A stretch of 64,000 nucleotides of DNA from a virus. Taxonomy: Duplodnaviria > Caudoviricetes. Each line of letters begins with the position of its first letter. The first letter of the stretch is position 1. Below, piece after piece: positions 56,273 through 64,000 of this stretch. Location of the stretch: IMG/VR virus record IMGVR_UViG_3300048691_000224; one strand, given 5' to 3'. The notes beneath the pieces were generated by a model. The model worked only from the letters and a program-made list of their open reading frames with translations. It was not told the origin of the DNA and did not search any database. The position numbers and the translations under genes are program-made.

Positions 56273-56638
56273 TTATTTTGAGATTTGACCATATACCAAA
56301 TTCTTAACATACTTCACGGTGTTTGGGTTTAGGTCAACATATAGTATATCAATTATACCCTCTTCGGTCATTGCACAAACTGTTTGAGTTATATCGATGA
56401 TATCTAAAGGGACTAGCTCTTCGCCCTGTTCGTACACTAGACGCAATGCTTGATGAACTCGTGATAAATTTTCTGATATTACCAAGTGGTTCTGGTACGA
56501 TTTATCTAGGGTTCTAACATGGTCCAGATATTTTGCAAAACATAAATTTGCGGAATCAAACGTGGAATATTTGTTCAAGATATTGTCTGATTGATTATGA
56601 TTCACCACCAATTTGTAGAGCGTAGTTTGCTCGGTCAT
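56273..56638 (-). CDS. hypothetical protein
   Basis: 121-aa ORF. Confidence 0.55.
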   Translation of the reverse strand: MTEQTTLYKLVVNHNQSDNILNKYSTFDSANLCFAKYLDHVRTLDKSYQNHLVISENLSRVHQALRLVYEQGEELVPLDIIDITQTVCAMTEEGIIDILYVDLNPNTVKYVKNLVYGQISK

Positions 56639-56871
56639 TCGGAAATTCCATTCAGTTCAAGAATTACTCGGCCAGCAAATTTTGGGCTTGTTCGACGATC
56701 CTTCGCTGATGTGAAATCATAGACCACGATTCCTTCAAGGTCAACTGGGACAAACTCAACATGAGATGAATAGTGCTCCTCATATAGCCCGGCTACCTCA
56801 ACTTCAGCTGTCTGAGGGTATGTCAACAATTTTTCAATCAATTGTGCTACAGTAGTCATTTCTGAATCCAT
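56635..56871 (-). CDS. hypothetical protein
   Basis: TVAQLIEKL..YP motif common in small phage proteins. Confidence 0.6.
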   Translation of the reverse strand: MDSEMTTVAQLIEKLLTYPQTAEVEVAGLYEEHYSSHVEFVPVDLEGIVVYDFTSAKDRRTSPKFAGRVILELNGISE

Positions 56872-56887
56872 TCGTTGCTTAACTTAC

Positions 56888-56927
56888 TCTTAGGGTCTAT
56901 TATAACCCCAAACTAGAATAGAGTCAA
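56888..56927 (-). promoter_or_regulatory. sigma70 early promoter with ACCCTAAGA element
   Basis: TTGACT-17-TATAAT-AG-ACCCTAAGAG. Confidence 0.85.
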
Positions 56928-56940
56928 CAGTTGCATGAAA

Positions 56941-57714
56941 TTAATCGATGTACCCAGCGGATTCAGTTATCATTCCTGGGTTTGCTGCAACACAAAGCAA
57001 AAATTGGATTGCTCCTCCAGTGCAGAGGTCGTAGTCCTGTTTTGAGTATTTGACAATTCGCTTCAGTGTTGCTACTGGGTGGTGAATATTATTAATTACT
57101 AATTTTTTGGAGCTAATATCGTGCAGTGCAAGAGGGGTTGTTACTAGGGTAACCTTTGTTCCATCTATTTTAGTGATGGCGACTTGTGAAATCGTCAAGT
57201 CGAAGAAATTAAATACTGAGGCGATATCAGTGAAGTACTCTAGTGTAACTAGGTTCACCTCGGTTGTGCCCCTTGTCAACATCAGACTATTGGGTTGGGT
57301 TTTTGTGACAGCAAATCCATTTGTGATTAATAGCCCCAATACCGTAGTAAATTGCTGCTCTGATTTAAAAAATATATCAAAATCAGACTTAGACGTGTCT
57401 CTACCATCTAGTAGTCGAGTGCAAAATCCTCCAGCCAGCCACGGGCCTGCAGTGTGATCCAAATTGATATCAGGCAATTTTCCTAAATTTGTGAGATACC
57501 TTTGATAAAATGTTGTATCAGCCTGGTCGCCCTTATTGTGGAGGCGTTCGATGTAGTGCTGAGGATCAAAATGAATCAGATCAGACATCGCCAACACAGG
57601 TGTATCAACCGGGGCCGCAGGAGTAGGAGAAGCAGTAGAGGACATTGAGTCTGCTGAGCTCAATAATGCTAGAAAGTCAGATGACGGTAATACGACGTTG
57701 TGATTAAATGACAT
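56941..57714 (-). CDS. nucleotidyltransferase of the CCA-adding / poly(A) polymerase head-domain type
   Basis: WLAGG, DFDIFF, FDLTISQ, RIVKY. Confidence 0.75.
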   Translation of the reverse strand: MSFNHNVVLPSSDFLALLSSADSMSSTASPTPAAPVDTPVLAMSDLIHFDPQHYIERLHNKGDQADTTFYQRYLTNLGKLPDINLDHTAGPWLAGGFCTRLLDGRDTSKSDFDIFFKSEQQFTTVLGLLITNGFAVTKTQPNSLMLTRGTTEVNLVTLEYFTDIASVFNFFDLTISQVAITKIDGTKVTLVTTPLALHDISSKKLVINNIHHPVATLKRIVKYSKQDYDLCTGGAIQFLLCVAANPGMITESAGYID

Positions 57715-57732
57715 GTCAATGTGTATGTGGGT

Positions 57733-58041
57733 TTATGATTCATCTGCGAGGGCGGTCAAAATTGCACCCCACCATCGGCCGTGTTCTGCCAGTTCTGCAT
57801 CTGGATAGTTGTGGCACTGAGTACCTTGAAGGAGTTCGACGATTGGACAGTATTGTTTGTCGTACTTCCCCGTATCAGGAGTATAGTACTCCCTCTCCAA
57901 CAAACCGATTGTACTCCAGGCTACCGCATCTGGGTGCCAGGCATCGACAGGCTTGTTGGTAGAGTCGACAGCGTTGTACTCAGATACGTAATCTCTACAG
58001 ACATCCGAGTATAACCGCTTGAGGGTATTTGAATATTTCAC
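57733..58041 (-). CDS. hypothetical protein (DUF6197-like)
   Basis: HPDAVAWS.IG.L motif. Confidence 0.55.
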   Translation of the reverse strand: MKYSNTLKRLYSDVCRDYVSEYNAVDSTNKPVDAWHPDAVAWSTIGLLEREYYTPDTGKYDKQYCPIVELLQGTQCHNYPDAELAEHGRWWGAILTALADES

Positions 58042-58061
58042 TATTCAATTACTTGGGTAAA

Positions 58062-58412
58062 TTATCGGCGAGGGATGCCGTACTTGACCATGGCAGCGTG
58101 CACCATTGTGTGTGGCAAGCACAACTCAGCACCAATTTCACGCAAGCTCTTTCCTTGTGCCCAATATGCGGTCACGAGTTTAGAAGGGGTGAGGGCTGTC
58201 GGTTGACGGCCTACTGTGTTTACTGCATTGCCAGTTCGAGCCAACAGTGCAGTGACAGAAGAACCATCAACACCCAACAACTCACTGGTCTTGCGGCGGG
58301 AACCAGTAAGTGAGTACACTGCTTTGATGGCATTTAGTGTAACATCACGATTACCAAGAATAGACGAGCGCTGGATTGCTGAAGTGATTGCTGTTGATTT
58401 AGATTTTGTCAT
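58062..58412 (-). CDS. helix-turn-helix DNA-binding protein
   Basis: Two HTH-like segments: SRRKTSELLGVDGSSV and SLREIGAEL. Confidence 0.65.
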   Translation of the reverse strand: MTKSKSTAITSAIQRSSILGNRDVTLNAIKAVYSLTGSRRKTSELLGVDGSSVTALLARTGNAVNTVGRQPTALTPSKLVTAYWAQGKSLREIGAELCLPHTMVHAAMVKYGIPRR

Positions 58413-58484
58413 TAGTGTGGTATCCTTATAGATAGTGAGTTTAGTGAAAAAGTAATCTCTGAACTTTCAGAGACTTCGTCTATA

Positions 58485-59084
58485 TTACCGTTGTTCTGAG
58501 TTGTGCTCAACCAACGATCTAATATATGTAGTTACCGTGGACTTCTTTACCCCGGCTTGCAAGGCTTGTTCATATATCCATCGAGTGTCGTACCCTTCGC
58601 AGATGCAGATTGTGTATAGTTGTTGGATGAGTTGTCGACGAGTCTTAAATGTAAATTCCTGCAGTGTTATATCGTGGGTCCAAGTGATTTCAGTCACATC
58701 GCGCTGTCGTTTAACAGAGTCTGTATTCATTATGTGGCAGACTGTTGGTTCTACGCCGAATTTGCGCATGATCGCCTTCCAGATTCTATCGTGCCCTCTA
58801 CTACCTAGACCATCAGCGATTAAATGAGCAACTTCATGGGGGACGATTTGATTGAGGAACGTGTCTAGATTTTCTGCCGCAAGTTGAATATTAAAATTCA
58901 GTGTATTGGTGGTGTGGCAAGCAGTACCTGCCACCGTGCCCTTTAGTGTAAATTCTATAGTGGGGATTGCTCGATTGAACCGACGTGGGTATAGCGTACG
59001 GCCGAATAAAACCCACTTGATCACGCACTGCGTTAGTTGAGTTTTAGTTGAGTTATAATCATACGCTAGTGATTCTACCTTCAT
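58485..59084 (-). CDS. SprT-like zinc metalloprotease
   Basis: GTVAG, IVPHEVAHL, HDRIWKAIM, CH. Confidence 0.88.
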   Translation of the reverse strand: MKVESLAYDYNSTKTQLTQCVIKWVLFGRTLYPRRFNRAIPTIEFTLKGTVAGTACHTTNTLNFNIQLAAENLDTFLNQIVPHEVAHLIADGLGSRGHDRIWKAIMRKFGVEPTVCHIMNTDSVKRQRDVTEITWTHDITLQEFTFKTRRQLIQQLYTICICEGYDTRWIYEQALQAGVKKSTVTTYIRSLVEHNSEQR

Positions 59085-59504
59085 CTATTCATCTAATTTT
59101 CGACATGCGTGAGAGGTGAGTTCACTCAACACTAATAAATTGGGTAACCTGAACGCAAGTGTATCCCTAAAACCCATTCTGACACCTGACTCGACGACAG
59201 CACCTGAGCGGCTGATTCCAGCAGTGCACTGAACAACGAGATTGGTATCAGTATTCAGAGCACTAATTAAAATGTCGACGAGTGCTTCTGCTTGATCGCT
59301 CGAAATCCTACTAGGTTCGGTACTCCCATCAACATCAGCGAATATAACTTCATGTACTTCGTTAAAGTGTTCCAATAGGGCTGGGTATGTTCGTAAGTCT
59401 TCTTCTCTATCTACTATCCGAATGAGTGTAGTCTTACCAGGAACCAAGAAATGAAATCCATCACGCACAGCTGTATGGGAAATGTTGACTATCCACGGTT
59501 TCAT
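59085..59504 (-). CDS. tyrosine/dual-specificity phosphatase-like protein
   Basis: F.DVD, VQCTAGISRS (CX5R), PN. Confidence 0.82.
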   Translation of the reverse strand: MKPWIVNISHTAVRDGFHFLVPGKTTLIRIVDREEDLRTYPALLEHFNEVHEVIFADVDGSTEPSRISSDQAEALVDILISALNTDTNLVVQCTAGISRSGAVVESGVRMGFRDTLAFRLPNLLVLSELTSHACRKLDE

Positions 59505-59505
59505 A

Positions 59506-59889
59506 TTATATCCAAAGAGTTAAACAAAAGCCGGTGGCGAGTGCAACAATCGGTAGACCGAAGTAAATCAGTGCTGTATCACGCACGGTACGTATCGGGC
59601 GATAGTGATCACGAAATGTCAGTAATTGAATCAACAACATTATTCCACAAGCGTGTATTAGTGGGACAGTCGGAAGGGGTGTGAAAACTGGAATCACGAA
59701 CCACTCCCACAACTGCACAGCCACGGCAGCCCACACAAGTAGGCGACCTGTTTCACATACTACAAAAACAGCAAGCTTATCGCTACCTCGAGCCGTCATC
59801 TCGCGTATCCAGCTAAATCGCCAGGCACGCGTGATGCGGCTAACAATCGTTTCATGTCGATTGTGCGATTTGATGTACACCAAACGCAA
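59506..59889 (-). CDS. membrane protein
   Basis: LWEWFVIP.F..LP motif, three TM segments. Confidence 0.6.
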   Translation of the reverse strand: MRLVYIKSHNRHETIVSRITRAWRFSWIREMTARGSDKLAVFVVCETGRLLVWAAVAVQLWEWFVIPVFTPLPTVPLIHACGIMLLIQLLTFRDHYRPIRTVRDTALIYFGLPIVALATGFCLTLWI

Positions 59890-60011
59890 GAGTTATTGTG
59901 TTCACAACTCGATGCTTTGATGTGCGATTGGTTCTGCCCGTCGCGCAACTTTTGTCCAGTACTTTTGTCGCGTCGAATTGTATTACTCATTTGAGTTTGC
60001 CCTCTGTTCAT
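59796..60011 (-). CDS. small basic hypothetical protein
   Basis: SCEHNNSC.WC..NR motif; overlaps the downstream gene. Confidence 0.45.
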   Translation of the reverse strand: MNRGQTQMSNTIRRDKSTGQKLRDGQNQSHIKASSCEHNNSCVWCTSNRTIDMKRLLAASRVPGDLAGYAR

Positions 60012-60037
60012 TGTTGTCGTCGATTAAGATTGGTATT

Positions 60038-60235
60038 CTAGTCAGCCCCAAACGCCGAATCTTCTGCGGCCTTGAGCCTCAAAAATTCAGCATATCCAGG
60101 GGAAGACTTAGCCTTCAAGTGAGACTTAATCTCATTGGCGGTGGTGGGATCACTACCCTTATTCAAAATCGCTGAAATCACTTCTTCTACAGTGTATTTC
60201 GGTTGTTTGACCGGCAATGTTAGTTCATTTTTCAT
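60038..60235 (-). CDS. hypothetical protein
   Basis: 65-aa ORF. Confidence 0.5.
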   Translation of the reverse strand: MKNELTLPVKQPKYTVEEVISAILNKGSDPTTANEIKSHLKAKSSPGYAEFLRLKAAEDSAFGAD

Positions 60236-60356
60236 ATTGTTGTACGTGGTGCGATAGTTACAATTATACTAGAGACAATAGTTGTTGTCTTATGTGCGTG
60301 TGTTATCTTTGGACTACTAATCATATACCAAAGCTGTCCATGAGATCAACAGGCAA

Positions 60357-60540
60357 TTAAGTTGATTTGATGGTCTTGAGGACGGTCGGCGGTGCAATGT
60401 TCATACAGCCACCGTTAATAGCAATACCACCTTGCTTTCTACACTTTGATTCAAACTGATAAGCAGTGATCGCACTCCATACCAAACCAATCAATGTACC
60501 AATCAGGGTAGAAATTGCAATTTTTAGAAATTAGATTCAT
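60357..60540 (-). pseudogene. frameshifted small membrane-protein gene
   Basis: ATG AAT CTA ATT TCT AAAAA TTG; one fewer A gives MNLISKIAISTLIGTLIGLVWSAITAYQFESKC...GGC...KST*. Confidence 0.5.
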
Positions 60541-60621
60541 CACGGCGGCACCTTGGCAATTTTGGAAATCAAAATATAGGCGTGGTGAGATCGCACACCA
60601 ATGGTCTGTGTAAGTTATTCA

Positions 60622-60879
60622 TTAGTTAATTCCGATTTTGGAATTGGAAGTAGGTAGGTTTTTGGGTTTAATTTGTAGTTCTTTGTGTTTACCCTCATCC
60701 GCAAATTCAAATGAGCACATTACTGAGAGAATCCAAACAAGAGCTTGAGTTATACCCTGTAGTTCGCTATTGGGTCGAATTAGTGTTAATCCCGTCAACC
60801 CAAACAACACCCAGTTGAATGAAATGAAACTGGCCAACCCAACGGAAATCAACCACCAAAGTTTATATTTTTTCAGCAT
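60622..60879 (-). CDS. small membrane protein
   Basis: Two TM segments. Confidence 0.55.
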   Translation of the reverse strand: MLKKYKLWWLISVGLASFISFNWVLFGLTGLTLIRPNSELQGITQALVWILSVMCSFEFADEGKHKELQIKPKNLPTSNSKIGIN

Positions 60880-60880
60880 A

Positions 60881-61078
60881 TCACTCCTCTAATCCAAAAT
60901 GTTTGATAATCCGTTGCTTATCTAAATGGTCAGTCATTTGTGAGAGACACTCTTGAATAATAACTCTAGCGTATTCTCTTTCCCATTTCCATGCTGCATT
61001 AGAACCTTGTTCAATACAAATATCTGTTGCTCGGTAATTCAAGCTTTTGTATAAATCGTTCATTTTCACACCCACCAT
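60881..61078 (-). CDS. hypothetical protein
   Basis: A..II.EC...I..HFG motif. Confidence 0.55.
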   Translation of the reverse strand: MVGVKMNDLYKSLNYRATDICIEQGSNAAWKWEREYARVIIQECLSQMTDHLDKQRIIKHFGLEE

Positions 61079-61314
61079 TTAATAGTTTTTATTGTATTTT
61101 CGAGTTTGTGTTTGAGTCTTGCGGCTCTGTACTCAGCAAGCCTATCTAACGCATATTCCTTGGCCGGCGCTTCTGCATAGCGGCGGTGCGTTGTTGGCCA
61201 CCAATAACAGTCATTGCGACTATGACAATACCAATCATCTGTCATATCCATATACTCTTTAAAGAATATGCCACGTACAATCGCGAATTTATCACCAATT
61301 TGAACTAATCTCAT
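61066..61314 (-). CDS. hypothetical protein
   Basis: 82-aa ORF with GGAG RBS. Confidence 0.55.
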   Translation of the reverse strand: MRLVQIGDKFAIVRGIFFKEYMDMTDDWYCHSRNDCYWWPTTHRRYAEAPAKEYALDRLAEYRAARLKHKLENTIKTIKWWV

Positions 61315-61525
61315 GTGTATTCTCCTTAAATTGACTCTTTGTAGAAATAATATCTAGACATATATGAATTATAGTCTAGTTTGTATGGTAGAACAATGTT
61401 ACCAAAATCATCTTGGAATTGTTCCAATGTAATTGAGCTTGGAGTCATCATTTACCACCAAATTCTTTAGTCTTGAGTTCTGCTAGACGTTTTAACATTT
61501 TGAATTTCCTGTAGTTTACACTTGC

Positions 61526-61564
61526 TCTTAGGGTCTATTATACCCCAAATCGGAGTAAGGTCAA
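61526..61564 (-). promoter_or_regulatory. sigma70 early promoter with ACCCTAAGA element
   Basis: TTGACC-16-TATAAT-AG-ACCCTAAGAG. Confidence 0.8.
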
Positions 61565-62023
61565 CAAGTTAACATCGATTTCGAATTTTTTATGGTGATC
61601 GTCAACGTATGTGTTGTTGCCCCACTGGGTGAATGTCACATCACATTCATCGGGGCGAGAGACTGACCGGAATAAATTTGTGTATAACTGTTTAAATTGC
61701 GCGCCTGCGTTGAATCTAGGATCACTTCTGAGTGAGTAAGTGATGTCGTATCGAGTTTTGAAGAATAATCGATTGGCTAGTGTGGCTTCATGTGGACATA
61801 GTACATGTAAGTCACCATCATAACTATATCCGTCTTCATATCCCCGATTACTCTGCCACTTTTGAGGAATAATTAAATCCATCTCTGCAATTTTGTGAGA
61901 CTTACCGCAAATGCACTTGATGGTTTGGTTGCCCCGCAGCGCATTTAACTCGCGATTGATTTGTTCAAGCTCGGCTGTGACGGCTCTCAGGCGAGCTTTT
62001 TGTGCTGCAATTTTACTTGGCAT
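61538..62023 (-). CDS. hypothetical protein with Cys motifs
   Basis: CICGK...CPH. Confidence 0.6.
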   Translation of the reverse strand: MPSKIAAQKARLRAVTAELEQINRELNALRGNQTIKCICGKSHKIAEMDLIIPQKWQSNRGYEDGYSYDGDLHVLCPHEATLANRLFFKTRYDITYSLRSDPRFNAGAQFKQLYTNLFRSVSRPDECDVTFTQWGNNTYVDDHHKKFEIDVNLLTLLRFGV

Positions 62024-62063
62024 AATTATTCTTTACATTTAGGTACGTGATTTTAACAATGTT

Positions 62064-62276
62064 CTAGCAACGAACACAACGGGCATCTATTTTCCGGAGG
62101 TGTGATTTTTGCTCAAGAGTTACCCATGGCGCACCGCCGCGGAGGGACATCCGGTCAACATAGCAAAGTTGAGAGTCGACATCTCTCACAACTGTTGCTG
62201 TACCCATTGCCCTATACTCTCCACATACGTACACACCAATGCGGACCAAATCACCGAATCCAATTTCATCGCTCAT
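62064..62276 (-). CDS. hypothetical protein
   Basis: 70-aa ORF. Confidence 0.5.
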   Translation of the reverse strand: MSDEIGFGDLVRIGVYVCGEYRAMGTATVVRDVDSQLCYVDRMSLRGGAPWVTLEQKSHLRKIDARCVRC

Positions 62277-62278
62277 AA

Positions 62279-62710
62279 TTATTCTTTGCCTTCAGCCAGT
62301 ACAAACTCTTGACAGAGTTGCACATAGTCTTCCATTTTATTTGCAACTGCATCATATCCAGCAGAATGAGCGTCTTCATATGCTTTATTGTAACATACCT
62401 TATATTGTGCGGGAGATAGTTCAGAGAAATAATCTACGAGCTTAGTTTCAAAGTGATCATTCGCTGCAGCCTCAAGTTCAACAAGACGTGTCCGATAACT
62501 ATCACGAGCAAGTTTTGATTCTGGAGTCACAATTTTCTCTCTGAGTTTGAACTTGTTCCAAGTTTTCTCATCCTCACACTCGATGACATTACCTTCAAGA
62601 TAAGCAACTAGCTTATACTCAAGGTTTGGTGTGTCAGCCAAGTTGAGTGTTTTATTGTACCCGACCGCTTCACAAACAGCCGCACAAGATTCTTTGTATG
62701 TAAAATGCAT
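62279..62710 (-). CDS. hypothetical protein
   Basis: KAYEDAHSAG motif; follows a promoter. Confidence 0.6.
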   Translation of the reverse strand: MHFTYKESCAAVCEAVGYNKTLNLADTPNLEYKLVAYLEGNVIECEDEKTWNKFKLREKIVTPESKLARDSYRTRLVELEAAANDHFETKLVDYFSELSPAQYKVCYNKAYEDAHSAGYDAVANKMEDYVQLCQEFVLAEGKE

Positions 62711-62741
62711 TTTGAATTTCCTAAACAGTGGCGATAAGGTA

Positions 62742-62769
62742 ATTATACCCCAAATCTGATCAAGGTCAA
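62742..62769 (-). promoter_or_regulatory. sigma70 early promoter
   Basis: TTGACC-16-TATAAT with GGGG before the -10. Confidence 0.75.
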
Positions 62770-62772
62770 CAG

Positions 62773-63048
62773 CTATTTTGCAAGTTTAACATGAGTGCAG
62801 AACCCTTTGCCGTAAGATTTACGGTTATTGCGTTTGGTCTGTGTTGTGTGAAGCAGCAGCTGCTTCACACAACACTGTGTTGTGTGAAGCAGCAACCAAC
62901 TCTTAGAAAATTTGTAATTTTCTCTATACTCGAATGACATACCTGGTTTGTGTGAAATCCATTGACCATTCACGGAGCGGTTCATATGCCGTTTGAGGTG
63001 ATTTGCTTGAATTAGTTTAATTCTGGTGCTGGTCATTTTAAATTTCAT
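62773..63048 (-). CDS. basic hypothetical protein carrying an internal triplication
   Basis: LLLHTTQ occurs twice because of the DNA repeat. Confidence 0.5.
   Translation of the reverse strand: MKFKMTSTRIKLIQANHLKRHMNRSVNGQWISHKPGMSFEYRENYKFSKSWLLLHTTQCCVKQLLLHTTQTKRNNRKSYGKGFCTHVKLAK
62839..62894. repeat. direct-inverted-direct triplication
   Basis: CTGTGTTGTGTGAAGCAGCA at 62839-62858 and 62875-62894, flanking the inverted copy GCTGCTTCACACAACAC (62859-62875). Confidence 0.9.
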
Positions 63049-63101
63049 TTAAAAGTTTTGATAGAGTAATTATACTACAAAATCAAGCAAATTTTACATT
63101 G

Positions 63102-63443
63102 TTACACACATTCGGTATATGTTCGTAAAATATATTCTCTCGCCATACGATATGAACCGCCATGATAATCGCGAAGATCCACAACATCTATACCCAAATA
63201 TTGCACATAATATTCTAGCGTAGCAATATCAATCTTTATACCCTTCTTTGCCTGCTCGGGTGATTGCGCCCAAACATATTGGTAAGTTCCAGAATATTTT
63301 AACCCAAATAAACGAGATATAAATTTGGATTCATATTCCAGTTTATCTTTGCGTTCAGCCTCAGCTTCATCGATCATCCGCTTTTCATATTGTTTTGCGC
63401 GAAAACGAAGCCAAGGTAAAATGTGTTCGATTTTTACTTTCAT
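63102..63443 (-). CDS. hypothetical protein
   Basis: 113-aa ORF. Confidence 0.55.
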   Translation of the reverse strand: MKVKIEHILPWLRFRAKQYEKRMIDEAEAERKDKLEYESKFISRLFGLKYSGTYQYVWAQSPEQAKKGIKIDIATLEYYVQYLGIDVVDLRDYHGGSYRMAREYILRTYTECV

Positions 63444-64000
63444 AATGTTACCGGTATATCTCCATAAATTAGTACATGTTCTGGATTTACTAATGTCACC
63501 AAAATCGGTAGATCTAGTTCAACAACTTTTGATCTAAAAACTGGGCTAGATGGTCGCTTGTCTGCTGGAATTTTACTCAGAGTAACTTCATCTAGTTCAA
63601 CTTCAAAAACTTTGCGTTGAACATATGTACCTCGCTTAAAGAAAATTGGGTAATCAGCCCATTGGATGCTCTTGCTCTCCAGCATTTCGAGTTTCTCAGA
63701 AGAATTCTTCTTATGTAGCTCTGCTTGTGAAAAGTATTCATGCGCTGCCATTGAGATTGAATTTTTTGTGGCGTCTTGTTCACGCCACAAAAAATTCAGA
63801 TATACATTCCGCAGTGTTGGCACTTGCCACATTCGGCAGTCGAATGTAGGCAGTAAATTAGATTTCTCAGGAATATATGTATTCAATGAATGATTGAAAT
63901 ATGCAGTCGCCATTGCAGCTAGTGTTGATACCAGCTTCTGATACTTGCCATCAAACATATACTCCGAAGAAGATTCATAATCGTGATACCAACACAGTGT
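63440..64000 (-). CDS. tRNA(His) guanylyltransferase Thg1-like 3'-5' polymerase (5'-truncated by the window edge)
   Basis: Frame open to base 64000 (TLCWYHDYESSSEYMFDGKYQKL); PTFDCR, WREQDATKNSISMAA, FKRG. Confidence 0.88.
   Translation of the reverse strand, partial: TLCWYHDYESSSEYMFDGKYQKLVSTLAAMATAYFNHSLNTYIPEKSNLLPTFDCRMWQVPTLRNVYLNFLWREQDATKNSISMAAHEYFSQAELHKKNSSEKLEMLESKSIQWADYPIFFKRGTYVQRKVFEVELDEVTLSKIPADKRPSSPVFRSKVVELDLPILVTLVNPEHVLIYGDIPVTL

Noticed and set aside
1-64000. Genome-wide stop-codon reassignment (TAG to an amino acid)
   Set aside because: Core genes are full length under the standard code. I found only one in-frame TAG interrupting a recognisable domain (2750).
1-64000. 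tmRNA partner for SmpB
   Set aside because: I recognised no G3-U70 tRNA-Ala-like ends flanking a ~300-nt non-coding region. A covariance search is needed to exclude it formally.
1-64000. CRISPR array or diversity-generating retroelement
   Set aside because: No regularly spaced repeats with unique spacers, no reverse transcriptase, and no adenine-specific TR/VR pair. The repeats in the fibre genes are coding repeats.

Overview
This window is a 64-kb segment of a large dsDNA (jumbo/huge) myovirus-type phage with a T4-like replication and recombination core. The host is probably a proteobacterium, inferred from sigma70 consensus promoters, TraR/DksA, SmpB, GroES and a Rap1a-like gene. Bases 1-31063 are almost all on the + strand: early accessory genes, thyA, a divergent SmpB, sliding clamp, RNase H, an inverted Hef-like homing endonuclease, QueE and QueD, a nucleotidyltransferase, probable internal head proteins, an endolysin, a 12-kb tail-fibre/receptor-binding block and a holin-like gene. 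Bases 31044-64000 are on the - strand: two tiny DnaE-like polymerase pieces, clamp loaders, GroES, UvsW/UvsY/UvsX, gp32 SSB, a UDP-sugar dehydrogenase, RNA ligase, helicase, AAA ATPases, phosphatases, a CCA-type nucleotidyltransferase, Thg1 and many small ORFs. Highlights: (1) a tRNA gene with an intact cloverleaf but a 25-nt structured insertion in the anticodon loop, inside a genome rich in tRNA/RNA repair and ribosome-rescue genes; (2) a phage SmpB; (3) a minimal C-family polymerase split over two genes; (4) 7-deazaguanine pathway genes; (5) two clear promoter classes. All protein calls come from motif recognition by eye; no database search was run. No CRISPR array, integrase or reverse transcriptase was seen.
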